NCBI GenBank assembly: GCA_047495785.1
Contig: JBLDXI010000002.1
Span: 2,356,001 to 2,420,000 of the forward strand
Source of the DNA: Lepidodermella squamata
Taxonomy: Eukaryota > Animalia > Gastrotricha
Reading direction: 5' to 3'
DNA length: 64,000 bases
The position numbers and the translations under genes were made by a program. Positions 49,801-62,991 of the stretch are shown here, piece by piece; position 1 is the first letter of the stretch; the number at the start of each line of letters is the position of its first letter. The notes below the pieces were generated by a model. It saw only the letters and a program-made list of their open reading frames with translations. It was not told the DNA's origin and searched no databases.

Positions 49801-52322
49801 CTTCGATCTCCATGGTTGAAGTATAATTGGCTAGCTTTTTGCGTCGACGTCGACGGTTCGTGTTCGATCACCATCCATCCTAAAAAAGGCGAGTGACACT
49901 GCTCGATTTGGCTTGCTTTCTCCTCGCTTGAAATTGAAATCGTTCTTCTTCTATCATTTCGATTTTTTCATTCATTTTTCGTCAATGAGATTAACATAAC
50001 CACCCATTTTTAACGCGGATTTTCAACAACCCACCGATGAACAAAACTTACCAGGCTCAATACCATCAACATTATCTGCCGAGCTGCATCTGCCTAGTTA
50101 GGCGTAATTTGAAATCTGACCTGACCTGTCTGTACCCATCTGTCGGCGGCGTGGTTTATTAGGGGGCACTGAAGAATTCGAGCGCGTGCTGACCAGCCAC
50201 GTCGATTATTATTGCTTACCGAGCACGTCGTCTTCATTCATTTTTACGCAATGCTAACTAGTTGAGATGCTGCCAATGATGGTATGGCTTTTTTATTTTC
50301 GCTGATTTTTCTGATGGCTTGTTTTCATAAATATCTATTCCTACTGCCTAAATAAATTGTTGTCCCACTATAGTCTCCCAAGTTTGTTTTAAAACAGAAA
50401 TTGTTATTCGAATCCGGCTTTTCGCGCGGTTTTCTGTCTATGATCAGTATCCCGAGAGCATTTTTATTTGATCAAGAATGCCGCTGGTTTTTTAGCTGAT
50501 CGCAACGTAACCGGTTTGAGATGGGTGTTTTCACAAACCGTCGCAAAATGGTAAACAGACGCACTATATCCATTTGCAATTTTAGTATTTTGCCTTCTGA
50601 ATAGATGATCACCGACCGCACTCCGTTACGGCGTGTTCTCATCAGCTGACGTATGAGTGGCCGAGTGGTTCGATTTCGAAGCGGATTGTCGCCGCAAATC
50701 GCTGGTCGAAGAAGCATCCTGAAAGCAACGACGATGGCGAAAATTGGGAGGAGGACTGGATTGAGAAGCCGCTTTTTCATTGAATTTTTTGAGTTATTAG
50801 CCGCAATTTTCCGCCGTATCGTGAAATAGTTACTAGATTTATTGTATCGATCGGATTTCTGACCTATTTTATGTACTTCTGATCTCTGGACTTCAATCTG
50901 TTTTTCTACAATGATTATTTTGAACTTGGGCGGTGATGCAATTTTTTCAATATTCAATACTTCAGCAAGCTATTATTTTTTGAGCTTTGAAATTAAGATG
51001 TTCCTAATGCCTTCGCGCAAGTCAGAATCTTTCATCTTTCAGCCTTAATTTATCTAATAGTCCTCAAGATCTGCGGGCGTTTCTTGAAAAATGAAGTGGA
51101 ATAAAATAAAGCCAAAGCGTTTTATTCTGGTTTTTTTTCATAATTTCAAATAAATTTCACCCTCGCGCGCCTGGATTTAAAAACGTGCCGAAAAAGGAGG
51201 GCAAATTTTGTTGATATCAGGGCAGTTGCTGACTATATGGTTGAAGAAGGCTTACGAGTTGTCTCGCTTTGTTTTCGAAGTCCAACAAGTCAGCAGGAAC
51301 GAGTTAATATCGTGGCATTATGTCCACATAGTTTGCTGGGAACAGTATATATGAAAACTTAACTATTTCACTAATTTTTTTCATGAGTTGTTCCGCTGTA
51401 TCCGATTTCGAAGCAATGTGAGAATTATGTGAGCATTTTTTCGATGGATCGGAGACAGTTTTCGAAGCTAAAGCGCCACCATCCTCCTTGAAATAATGTG
51501 AAAACAAATTGATGAAAAATTCCCAAGATTTGGTAAACCGCGTCAGCCACGAATAATTTTTATTTCATCACTGATACAGTCAATAATTTTCTTGAAAAGA
51601 CGACTAATTTCCGGCAATCCTGGCACCTGGCAGTGATTCGATATTCGCCATGAACATGCTCGTCTTCTCACGGTAACGAGCTTTTGCCACAGCCTTTAAT
51701 GCCGTTTTCTCCGAATCATCGTCTCGTCAGCAAATAATCCCAGCAGCCCAGCAGCCCCAGCAGTTCGTCATCAAGTCAAAAATGCCCCGACTTCGGCAAC
51801 GCTCGAGATTAACTATAGTGGGAAGATACTCGGTTTTCCGACGGCGAATTTTCATGTGATGCGAGATATTTTTATTATGGAATTACCAGCGAGACAGCAC
51901 TTGTATGTAGTTGGGCCGCCATGAAATCCTCGTTTCAGGCAAAACATTTCGACTTTTTATTATTGTATTGTGCGTAGAAAAGGACCAGGAATGTTATGAA
52001 AAACTCACCCCGGCGCATCACCGGCTAAATCATTAACAAATGGCGATGAAATAAACAATGAGGACGCCTTGATTAAAATGTAGCCGCTAGTCAATTTTGT
52101 TGAAGAAGAAACCAGACCCTGCCTCCTGCCGTTGCAAGGTCATACGAGGTGTGAGGACACTTTTTGCGACCCGTATTATTTACCCACAGGTGAAAAGCAA
52201 ATACAGGCTGTATGGTTATGATATTCGCAGTGCAATGATGCATTTCCGGGCAACCTTGTTTGCGGAAAAAAACAGGAATGAAATATCAAGTAAAAATTAT
52301 ATCAGGAATTTTACGACAAAAA

Positions 52323-53003
52323 ATGCTGACTTTTTCGCTTTTATTAACGTTTTTCCTGACCTTCGAGGATATTTCTGGTAAGATTCGATCTATTCGGTGA
52401 ATTTTAAACTTGGATGATGTTAATAGCGATGAGCTGCTACAATGGCACCGCGCAGATAATGGGAAGCAGGATCCCGCCGAGTGATCCAGGAACTGTTGGC
52501 GATAGTGTCAAACTTGTTTTCGACTGCGATTTCTGCTCGGTCTAAAATACTGAAAATTTATTTCTATCATTTATCGTTTACTTTTACAGATAACGAAGAG
52601 TATAGCCAAGGTTCCTATCGACTACGCCGCCGTTCAATGGCGATGTGAAAAGTTCGTACCGGCATCGGATGGAACTGAAAACGAATGTATGAAGTACTTC
52701 ATGACAAGCAGTAATTCGAAAGTTGAACAGGTGCGGAATCGTTGAATCAACTTTCGCCCGGGAAATGACCGTTTTTTGTTTGCAATAATATAGATGGCTT
52801 GCCAATGTTGCGAAGACAATTGCAACCAACATCCGAGTTGTAATAACGCCCCAGCCGGTGCAGTTGTCGCCAGTCCAGTTTTGACGGCAAACAATCCGAT
52901 GTCGCCGCACTGCTACTACATGGCCAGCCAGATCAACCAATTTTGCCAGAATATTGACAAAATCAACCTACCAAAGCCGACCAGCTCGCCATCTAGCCGT
53001 TGA
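52323..53003 (+). CDS. Secreted three-finger/LU-like protein (12-Cys), 4 exons
   Basis: Signal, CYNG, CDFC, CQCCEDNCN, HC-x10-C. Confidence 0.8.
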
Positions 53004-53100
53004 AAATTAATTAACCCGAGATTCCGGTGCATCAAATATAGAAAAAGAGCTATAACGTCTGAAATCGTGGAAATATCTATCTGGATTTTTTATTGAAATA

Positions 53101-53781
53101 ATGTTCTCTAAAACTGTCATTTTTGTCTTAGCTGTCCTATCAATTTGTGTAAGAGTGACCGGTGAGGAATTTGTTGAAAATAAAAGCTTGAGGTGTAATT
53201 TCTTATCTATAGATGAACTTTCCTGCTTCGATGGATCGGCTCAGGATACAGGCTTTTTCGATGTCACCCAAGATCCTGGTTCGCTTGGTGTCGAGCTAAA
53301 GGAAGATTGCGACTATTGTTCAGTAAGTGAACCAACCTCGAGGCTGTTTTATACATACCATTAATAAGGTGGTCAAGACTGAAACTACGAAACCTGGGAA
53401 AAGCTACGTCATAGCGTGGCGATGCGAAACATTTGACGAAGCCGCGGAGCAAAAACAGTGCTTCAATTCGATAACAATCAGCCAGCTATCAAGCCTGCAA
53501 CAGGTATATTAGGATCCATCCAGCTTAAACAAATTACGACTCGTTCATTTAATTTCAAGTCATTGTGCCAATGTTGCGTTGATCAATGTAACTCGTCGAT
53601 TTTTTGCGACTTGATGCCAACTTTGGCGTGTTCTGGAGCACCGGGTGGTGGGAACACCACAATTGGCGAGGCTACGCTTGAATCCCTCACCAAATCACTG
53701 AAATGCCAGTTTCTCGCTGCTCAACTGGCAATCACTTGCGAACGATTGGAAACATCAAACGGAACCATTCCTTTCACTTGA
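53101..53781 (+). CDS. Secreted three-finger/LU-like protein, 4 exons
   Basis: Signal, CFDG, CDYC, CQCCVDQCN, KC-x10-C. Confidence 0.8.
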
Positions 53782-54241
53782 AACTACAAGAGACAAATGA
53801 AACGTACGAATTCAAAAGTTGAGCGTAGAAATTGACTTCAATTAAAAAAATTCATAGAAGTATCATTTTTCAATGTTCAGAGCCAAATTTTCTTGGAATA
53901 AAATCTGAATAGTCAGTCGTAGCCTGATATTTCGCTTTGTCGCATTTTATTGTGTCTTTTCCGGCCGTTTTAGGTTTCACTTGAAAGAGGAGTCTCAGAA
54001 TTATCTCTGCTGAACGGTCGTTGTATTCACCAGGCTTGAGGAGAAAATTCATGTTCAAAGCCTGAAGCGTCCCAAAGTTAGATCCAATATTCTTGCACGA
54101 GACATAAATACATTTATTTCAAACGGAATAGAATCATAAATTAATTTGAAATAAATTGTTCATTCTATAGAAGACTGTCAGTTAGTAAATAAGAGATTTT
54201 GAGACCCGAGGCAATCAAAAAAGTCCGATTGCTATAACAGC

Positions 54242-57200
54242 TTAATAAGTTTCGCATAAAACCCCATCAGCAGCAACATCAGGGCAGGGGACATCGGCAA
54301 GGTAGAAGTTTTGCGGGTAGGTCTTGAAAGCCCCGGTAAACCTGTAAGTCACACAGTCGCCTCTGTTTTGCGGCTCATCGACTGCGTCAGTGCCACCCCA
54401 CTGCCGTTCTGGGCTAATCGGTTGGAAGTCAGTGCCGTCGATCCACTGATAACTACCGCCTGCAACCCGACGCAATCCGATCAGGGCGCTGGAAGGTGTC
54501 TTAGATTTCGCGAGTGTTGACCTAACGGCAATTTGCTCGGATGCTGTTTTAACTGTCGCAAGTTGGCCGTAACTTCGCACACAGAGCCGCTGACCTTCTT
54601 CGTATGAGACAATTGTCTCGAAGTTCAGAACGAAGTACGACTTCTCAGCCTGAACACAGCTCAACCAGTCCGAGTAATATTTGTCAATCGGAACTTGCGT
54701 TTCGCCACTGGCGCAAGCTGAAATGATAGATGTAAAGATGAGCTCGGAAGAAATTCCCAACTTTACCAATTGGCCGGCAAGTTACTCGTGACGAAACACA
54801 GCGGACATAACCAGTCTACAGAAATATCTACCTTCAAACCGAATACATTTTAAGGAGGCTATACCTGTGGATAAAGAATATTTTCACATATCCAGCCGGA
54901 ATTAGCGTCGTTGCAGTTGGCCGCCTGTAGGTACAAATCGGTTTGTCGGAGAGGGGGTTTACTCTTGACCACCGCCCCACATGAAACACCATCTATCGAT
55001 TTAATTCAATTCAATTAGATCAATATTATCACAACAATTCTTGCAAACTTGGATATGGTGTAGGATCCAAGCCATCAATGCGAACATAAGGTGCACCGTC
55101 TATCCACTTGGGTGCTCCCGGAGAGGTTGAAGCCAAGCCGATCCAGACCGGGTCATTGCGGAACTTGTTGACTTCACGGCGTATTCTGATCAAGTCGGCA
55201 GCACTTTGAATTGTTGCTAGTTGGGCCCCGCCAGCGGCGCAGAGTGCCTTTGCCTCGGCGAATGTTAGCGGACTCATGAGCGCCATCAAACCAGTATAAA
55301 CCCGTTGTGCCTTCTCGCAGTGATCAATCGTCAGGAAAGCTTGCGCTTTCGGAATTTGCACTTCCGTCGGCTTGCAATCTATCAAAACGAAACGCAAACA
55401 AGTTTGTGTTTAGAATAAAGTGAGGATGGCAGACCATTGGGTGCTACAACACATCGGGCAGCTCCAGTTGAATTATCGACGCATCGAATCACTCCAACTG
55501 TCAGAGCTGAACTTGTAGATGGTGAAGTCGATGAAGTTGATGAGTTGGCAGTCGAGTTTGGAGGCTTCATAGTCTCGCAAAGAGCAGCGGAAAAGAAATT
55601 GTTTAAAACGCATGGAACGTCGTTTAAACGATACTCGTTAGCCTCACCACTGTAGAGCTGTAAACCGGTACAATCATTGGGGCCTATGCAAGTTTTGGAG
55701 GAAAAGTAAACCGAAACACAATCCGATGCGCAATTTACCATTTGGCTCATTGGCACCCCAAAAATCAAGTGCAGAAGGAGCGCCGTCCACCCACTGGTAG
55801 AGAGTATTATTACTATTACGATCACGAATAAGACCTGTCCATCCTGGTCTCTGTTCTTTGGCGTTGGCGTTAATGAAATCTTGCAGCTTCCCCCATTCGA
55901 TCATGTTCGAAACCGTCACTGGTTGACCACCCTTGGCATAGCACAGCTGAAATGCACTTTCGAACGAATTGACGGTGAAATCTTGCGACACCATGTAGAG
56001 ATCCTTCACAGAAGATTCGCATTCTGCCATGGTAGGATAACTGACATCAATGGGCATTTGCCTTTCGTTCGACCCAGTACAACCTGAGATGACGAGAAAG
56101 CAAAGTTAAAAGACGACCAAATTACCTTCTAATTTTAACTTAAATTACCTTCAGTTGCAATTACGCATCTCTTCCACGAGCTTCCTTGAGAATTCACACA
56201 TCGCACAAACCCGGTAAGCTGAAATTTAGGTTGGTTTCCGCACATTACAAACTATAAAACAAAGACTCACCGGTGGGTCGTAGGTTTCACAAAGTGCCGC
56301 GCTGAAATGTGAACCATGTTCACAGACATCGTCATTCAGATAGATATTTCGTGTAGTCGCGTCCGTCGGGTCAAAAAGTACGAACTGGGCACAAGCTTCC
56401 CCACTTCCTCCTGCTTGATGATAATTTTATAATCTGGGAATACAATTTTATTCTGTTCACCATTTGGCTCATTCGGTCCCCAGAGACCGGGGAAGCTTTG
56501 AAACGCGGAGCCGTCATGCCATTGAAATCCGCTACCAGATTTGACGAGACCTATCCAAGCAACGTAAGTAGCTTCACCGATCAACCCATTTGCAAAAATG
56601 ACTCGTTTCGCTTCCTTGAGCTCGGCTGCGCTCTTCACAGTCGCCAGCTGACCCCCCGCACTACTGCACCGCTTTTTAGCTAATATAAAACCAGTAAAAC
56701 AATCTAAATTTCATGGCTGAGTTTACCAGCGTCAAGGTTCGCAATAGAATTAAAGTCATCGCTAATCGCGAAGAAACGCTTCGCAGCACTTTCGCAGGCA
56801 GCTTTAGTCGCGAACGTCTTCTGTGACGGAACTTGGCTAGCGGCGCCGCATCCTGTTGAACCAAAAGAGGATAACAGCAGAGAGTAGGATACGCGGACAA
56901 TACCTGTCGTCTTGGGTACACAGCTAACCACGCCGACGCTGTTAATACATCGAACAAGTTCGACATTCAGGTTTGGTTGAGGTTGGGGTGATATCTACAA
57001 TTGAATTTGTTAAAAGTTGAATTGACGACAAAGAAATCAACTCACATCAGCGCCAAATGTTTCGCATATCGCACCGCGGCCCGCAGCGGCATATGGAAGA
57101 GAATTGGACAACCCGGATTGCGTGTAGAAGCCGAAATTGTTTAATCCAAATGGTTGCACTGGACTGCCACTTTGCCAATATTTGTCAGTATCGAGCGAGG

Positions 57201-60200
57201 CTCCGTCGATCCAATCAAAGTAAACTGCAGTGGGTGACCGCATTCCAACCCAGCCGGAACTCATGCCCTCCCTGACGAGTAAGTCTAGCACCATTTTGTG
57301 CTCGTCCATACTTTTAACCGTCGCGAGTTGGCCATTGGCAGCCAAGCACTGACTCACGGCGTTATCGTAAGTCGGGCCCTTGGGCCCAGCCGGAGGTTTT
57401 ATGACGAAGTAGCTCTTCTTCGAATTGATGCAGTCCGAACTTGTCAAGAAGATGCGTTTTGGCGGTATCTGAATTCGTTTGCCACCACCACAAGCTAGAA
57501 TCAGTGAGAAATCTTGTTTAAAAAATGCGTGCATCAAATACTTATTACTATTTGCGAGAACACAAGATACGGATCCGCGCTCCTGATCTATGCAGCGAAC
57601 CCATCCAACCTTCAAAAGAAAACAAAATATTAAGAATCGAACAGAGGCATCGATCACTTACGAAGTTCATGCAAGCCTGGTGGTTTTTGCTGAAAGAAGG
57701 TGAGCTATCAAAGCTAGCCATCTAAATAAAATAGTATCTCATAACTTAAGTGTTCAAAAACGGTGTTCTACTGACTTCAGTCTCTGTCTGTGAATCACAG
57801 GCATCGGGTGCACATCGGAAAGTTCCATCATTTTTGGCGCAATATCGAACAGCCTAGTGTAGAACAATAAGTTAGTGCAAAAGGAATAAATTGAGCTTGA
57901 ACTTACTCCGCTGGTACAGTTCTCGATGCCGTTGAAAATTGTGTTGCCATATTCTTTCTGTTGTTTCAAGAGATATCGCTGCAGAGAGTCACGTTGGGGT
58001 ATTACTCATCAACTAACGTAACCATAGGGGCATCGAGTTTGTTTCTTGATGCAGACTGGATTCCTCTGATCGCCATCGATACATCGCACCAGCTCAACCT
58101 GAAAACCATTTTTGAAATGTATGCGATAGATTAGAATGGGAAAAGTCTTCGCCTATTACAGATGAATTGCAGACAAGCGCAAGCGGGTCGTAATTATTTG
58201 AAAATAATGCAAAACTGTCATAGACCGCTACCTGGAAAGAAAAGTGTTAGAATGATACCCTTTAAGATGCTGTCAGGGTTTACCGAGCGAAAGCCACGAG
58301 GGCAATTGTAATTCGACGATGTTATTCTGTACTCGTTGGAAGTAGTATTGACGCAGCAAATGGCAGCCTGAAATGCCAATCTTTGTCGCTATAAATTGTT
58401 GAAGCAAGGGCTCATACCCCAAATTGGCACAGCTGAATGTTCGGAAAGTATTGGACCGGTGTGGATGAATCAATAGGAGCAAGCTTAACAAGACAAAAAT
58501 AAAGCCAATCTTCAAAGAAGAGGTTTAATAATTACTTCGACAGAAGGAGTCTTCGCGCCACCACAACCTGGCATATTAACTTGATAGCAACCTGAGAATC
58601 TTCCTTTCCTATCGATGCAGCGAGTGAAAGGCCCTGCGAATTGGAATGCATCACAATATATTACAATAGGTAACAGTTTCAACTTACTGCAGTTGGGCAC
58701 GTCACACATAATATGAAATTTTATATTATTGTATTGTTGATAAATGCAGTAAGGTGCAACTTGGTCTCCCGGATTGCGACAAGCTGCGCCGTGCATTAGA
58801 ATTTCTCCTTGCGGAAAATTCAATGGATTTAAGTCGAACATCGACCATGGCAAGCACGGCGCTGAGCTTGCCACATTCTTAGCAAGAGAGCCCTCGTAGT
58901 CGTAACCATATCGGGTAAATTGGCATTCTTTAGTCAGCCCCGTTGCTCTCTGACCACCGCAAGTCGCGTAAGCCGTCAAGGTAAAAGATATAGTTATAGC
59001 CTGATCCTGGGGTGGGTAGAGCTGCTTGTTGTGAATTAGTCTTACTAACGCCCAGTTTGTGTTAGTCACGTGCAAACGACCGGCATTTACGCTGCTGAGG
59101 CAGATCCTATAATTATTAGATATTTTGAGACTTTTATAACATCTTAATTAACGACTTACTTGAAACCGGGAGCAGTTATGGCACCAGACCTTATCTCCAA
59201 ATAGCTCCAGCAACCACTAACTAGAGAGGATACATGTACATGTCTCGATGCTGCGCCTCGAAATTAGGTCAAACTAACCATTGCCGCCGAGACGGGGTGG
59301 CAGATCAAGAGCAAAGAGCATTCCGCCTCCGGTTGTAGACACGTTCCAATAGCATTCGCCTTTATCATACGCCGCTAGCGGCAAATCAATTTGACTAGTA
59401 CTGCAAGGGTCGACAGTAACCGTCGCATTACCGCAACCCGGTATAGTCGACTCAGAGAGGGTGTCGCAAAGTTGACCTGGAGAATCGGCATCATAGCTGA
59501 GCTAATTTTCAGCTAAAAAATAACAAACCACTCAATCCAGGCGGACAAATGCAAGATTGACAATTGCTGGGATTTATGTAGGCTCCATACTTGCACGCCA
59601 GAGTCGTAGTTCCACACCTCAAATCTGAAAAATAAGACGAGTTAAATTTCAAAATTCTATCTTAAAAACCACGCGGATTGACCAGTGCATTTGTAGTGAA
59701 GGTTGATCTTTAAAAAATCAATGAACGAGATGAATTGAGTCTGGCCGAGGTCGTATCGATAGCGAAGGTCCTTTGTTTTAATGGTCGGCTTGTCTGGAGA
59801 GCTTTTCCAAAACCAACTTGGATGCGTGCTTGACTCGAAGTCATAATACGTGCTGTAGCTGTTTTCATTCTTATCAGCTTCAAACAAAGCAGCGGCTTCC
59901 CTGTTACACAATGGATGTTGAGATTTTGTGCTGAAAGATACGTAGCTTACGGAGGAATGTTTTCCTTGATCACACCAATAGAAGGATCTCGATCGCTCCT
60001 CAAATGCTCGTAATTCTATAGCAATAAGATGTCTAATTACCTTAATCTTAAAAAATAAGTAAACTTGCCAATCCTAGAGCTCTGCCAATCAATGCAGCTA
60101 TTTTCGGAACCTAGAAGGGATTTTTCAATAAATAGAAACCGCTGCCATTTAGTTTTTAAACCTGATCCGCGCAATCTGGACCCAATATGATGTAGTTCGG

Positions 60201-60609
60201 TGGATCAGTCATCCCAACTTTCGTGAAGCACCTAAATTCACAATTATTAGTCAGATTATTTAGGAAATAAAAATTAGCCGTTAACTCTTTGCCATATGTG
60301 AATATCGCAACATTTGGCGTTGTGATATCGAAATCCAAAAAACTGGTCTCCAGAGGCCGAAATTGAATACAGGTTGATCGTTGCCAAATATCTATCGCAG
60401 CTCCGATATTTGCAGCATAGTTAGCTGAGGCAAAATTTGCACAAGTGAGGATAAAATTAACGAATAATCAACTCACCCAAGTGAATCGTGTCAATAATGT
60501 ACGACACGGTGGCGTTCGGCCATTTTCCGGCGTTTTTTGGGATAGCTTTTACCGTGTTTAGAATCCCCAGAACAAAGCAGCATATAGGAAAAATATAAAT
60601 CCTATTCAT
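54242..60609 (-). CDS. Secreted mosaic protein: inactive astacin + EGF + CUB + kringle + Cys repeats + 5 C-type lectin domains
   Basis: Signal; KWPNATV, TCIQF, LG..C; zinc site reads ALIGRALGLNYEHLRSDRD; EGF INPSNCQSCICPPG; CUB ECYW; kringle CRNPG..PYC; CTLDs with WIG/WxDG/EPN. Phase-compatible splicing traced from 60609 into the first CTLD; later junctions not all traced. Confidence 0.72.
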
Positions 60610-62991
60610 CGCCTAAATATGCGGAATTGATAGCAGATTGATCGCTCGAATTAAGCAATTAATTAATCAAGTCTTTGATTTTTCGGAAAATTTGAACTAA
60701 ATCACGACACTTGTGCCAGCTGAGCTGAGACAAGCTACAAACGAGCCAAAATAAAATAAAATGTTGAAACGACGTTTGCGCCAACGTCTACTGAACCAAA
60801 TTTATTTTGTTTCTTCTTATTATTATTAAAATATAATGAACATTAAAAAACTATAGAGGTCTAGCCGGGCATGCTCGCTCCGCTCGCTCCAAGGGTCACA
60901 ACTAATTTACATTTGATTTATAAATAATTCAGTTGTCTTTGACGTAAAATGTCGTGGCTCAAATGTCTTGGCGCAAATGTCACACAGCGCACTACACTGT
61001 CAAAAATAATGCCTTTTGGACCTTCCTTTTAGAATGTTTTGATCTAAATAATCCGGAATATGAGTGAATTAATTAGCAGATCTTGGGTATTGGGATGTTT
61101 AACCTTAGCGATTCATGAACTGTTTTTTTTTATGTTGATGTAAAATAAAATAGGAGCTTCTTCAATCCTAAATATATTAACTGTCTATTTAACCTCGAAG
61201 ATAATTATTTTTCCTGAGAGAGCTGGGGCGGGCCATATAAGTTATTTTTGGCTGAATACCAGCCGCTAATAACTTGGATTTTATTTACAGTGTACCTATA
61301 TAAGCCAAAAATCACAAAATCTGGGCTATACATTTAAAATTCAGAATTTAGAAACGAGAGTTAGGGAAAAATCTAACGAAGAGGAGGCAAATCTTCAAGA
61401 CTTGTACTTCTTATGACATAGGCCTGTCCCATAGCCCGGACGGGACAGTTATTGAGAAAATTAATAAAATTTCTCACTTCAAGACATTTCACATGAGGAT
61501 ATTTCCAAAATTTACTGTAAACCATAGAAATAATTCAGGGAGTAGTCTGAAAAAAAATCTTTCCCATATTCCATTGAAATTTAATTAGCCCAAGGAACTC
61601 ATTGGCCGTATTGTCGGGGTAAATTACACAGGAAGGCTTTCGAACAATGATATATAGGGCCTGTAATAAATTGTAAAATGCCAAGAAAAAGGAAATGCTC
61701 TTGATTTGGGTGGAAATTAAGTTTAAAAAGCTGTTATCAAATATTTGAAAAATATCCGGTAGTTAGTTTTAGATCGCGTGAAAGGCATCGAAAGCGCGTG
61801 CCAAACTGCTGGAGCTATTACTCTTAAAAAATGCGACCTTTTCGTTTGAATTCCTCATATAAACAAACCAGTACAAAGGGCTCAGGCGTCGTTCTTTATT
61901 CCAGTTTTAATTTTAATCTGGTTTAGAAAACCATACTTCTCGCTCTCGGTATCTGCAGTATTCAGTGGCCGCGTTTAATATGTGGACCAACCCAGCCACC
62001 TTGAATGAAATAGTTATAGGACGCAAACTCATGTTGATTTGCGAGGTTTATATCGATTCGAGTTGACCGAATGAATGGCCGATTGAATACAAAGCCGGTT
62101 GGCTTCTGTAAAATTTGAAATAGGCCAGTTCGTGTTGACATGGCTTTCCTGGTCTTTTACTACAACCCAGTTGGGTTGGAAACCATTTATTCATTGCCAT
62201 TTTTAATCCTGGAGGCCCACGAAGCCTTTAAATTTTTCAAAATTACGGAGTCAATTAAGATGGAGTTTCCACCGATGAGATCCCTTGGAGTTCGCTAACC
62301 ACATTAGAATGATGAGCAAAATCAGATAGATTCATGGTCTAGTAACATTCGGTAAATTTAGAGAAATTTGACATGAAAAATGCTCCCGAATAAAAATACG
62401 AGAAAAATGACAGAAATTGGGCACAAGTGTCCTCTGATTTAGGAATACGTATTTGGAAAGGCCTCGCACAAAGTAATCGAGCCACATTGGAAAATTGTTG
62501 GAAAATCGCACCGAAAGCAAGCACATCTGCTGTGTTAACAATATTTTATTTATTTATTCACATCGCTAAACGTTATCTTTAAGCGCACAGTGGCACTGCG
62601 GTTGTTTCCGATTCGTTTCGGGTTTTTATTTCTCATTGAAAATTTAATGAATTATATTATTTGCTAGCACCATTTACCACTATTTATAGGTAATTGTAAT
62701 CTGAGATTTCCAATTTCTCTAAAAATTAAAAAAAATAACCACTGGGTTTGTTGGAACTTTTATTGCTTATGCTGATGCATATCTTTATCCTAATACAAGG
62801 TAAGTTTCTTCGGGCCTGTAATAATTAAATACAGAGCGATAATGCCAAATAATTTATTTATTAGAATAAATTCTGCATAAATTGACTATCTCAGTCTTGA
62901 ATAATAAAGAAGACTGTCATTCATAAAAATCGTAAATATCAGTAAAAATCTCAGCTCTCTGCTCAGCTCGAGATTCTGTCTCAGTGAATCT

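Noticed and set aside
50470-51900. ORFs of 67-161 aa in this interval
   Set aside because: No recognisable motif or consistent splice model; left unannotated
60995-61292. Short CACTGT inverted ends with TA flanks
   Set aside because: Match too short to call a transposon confidently
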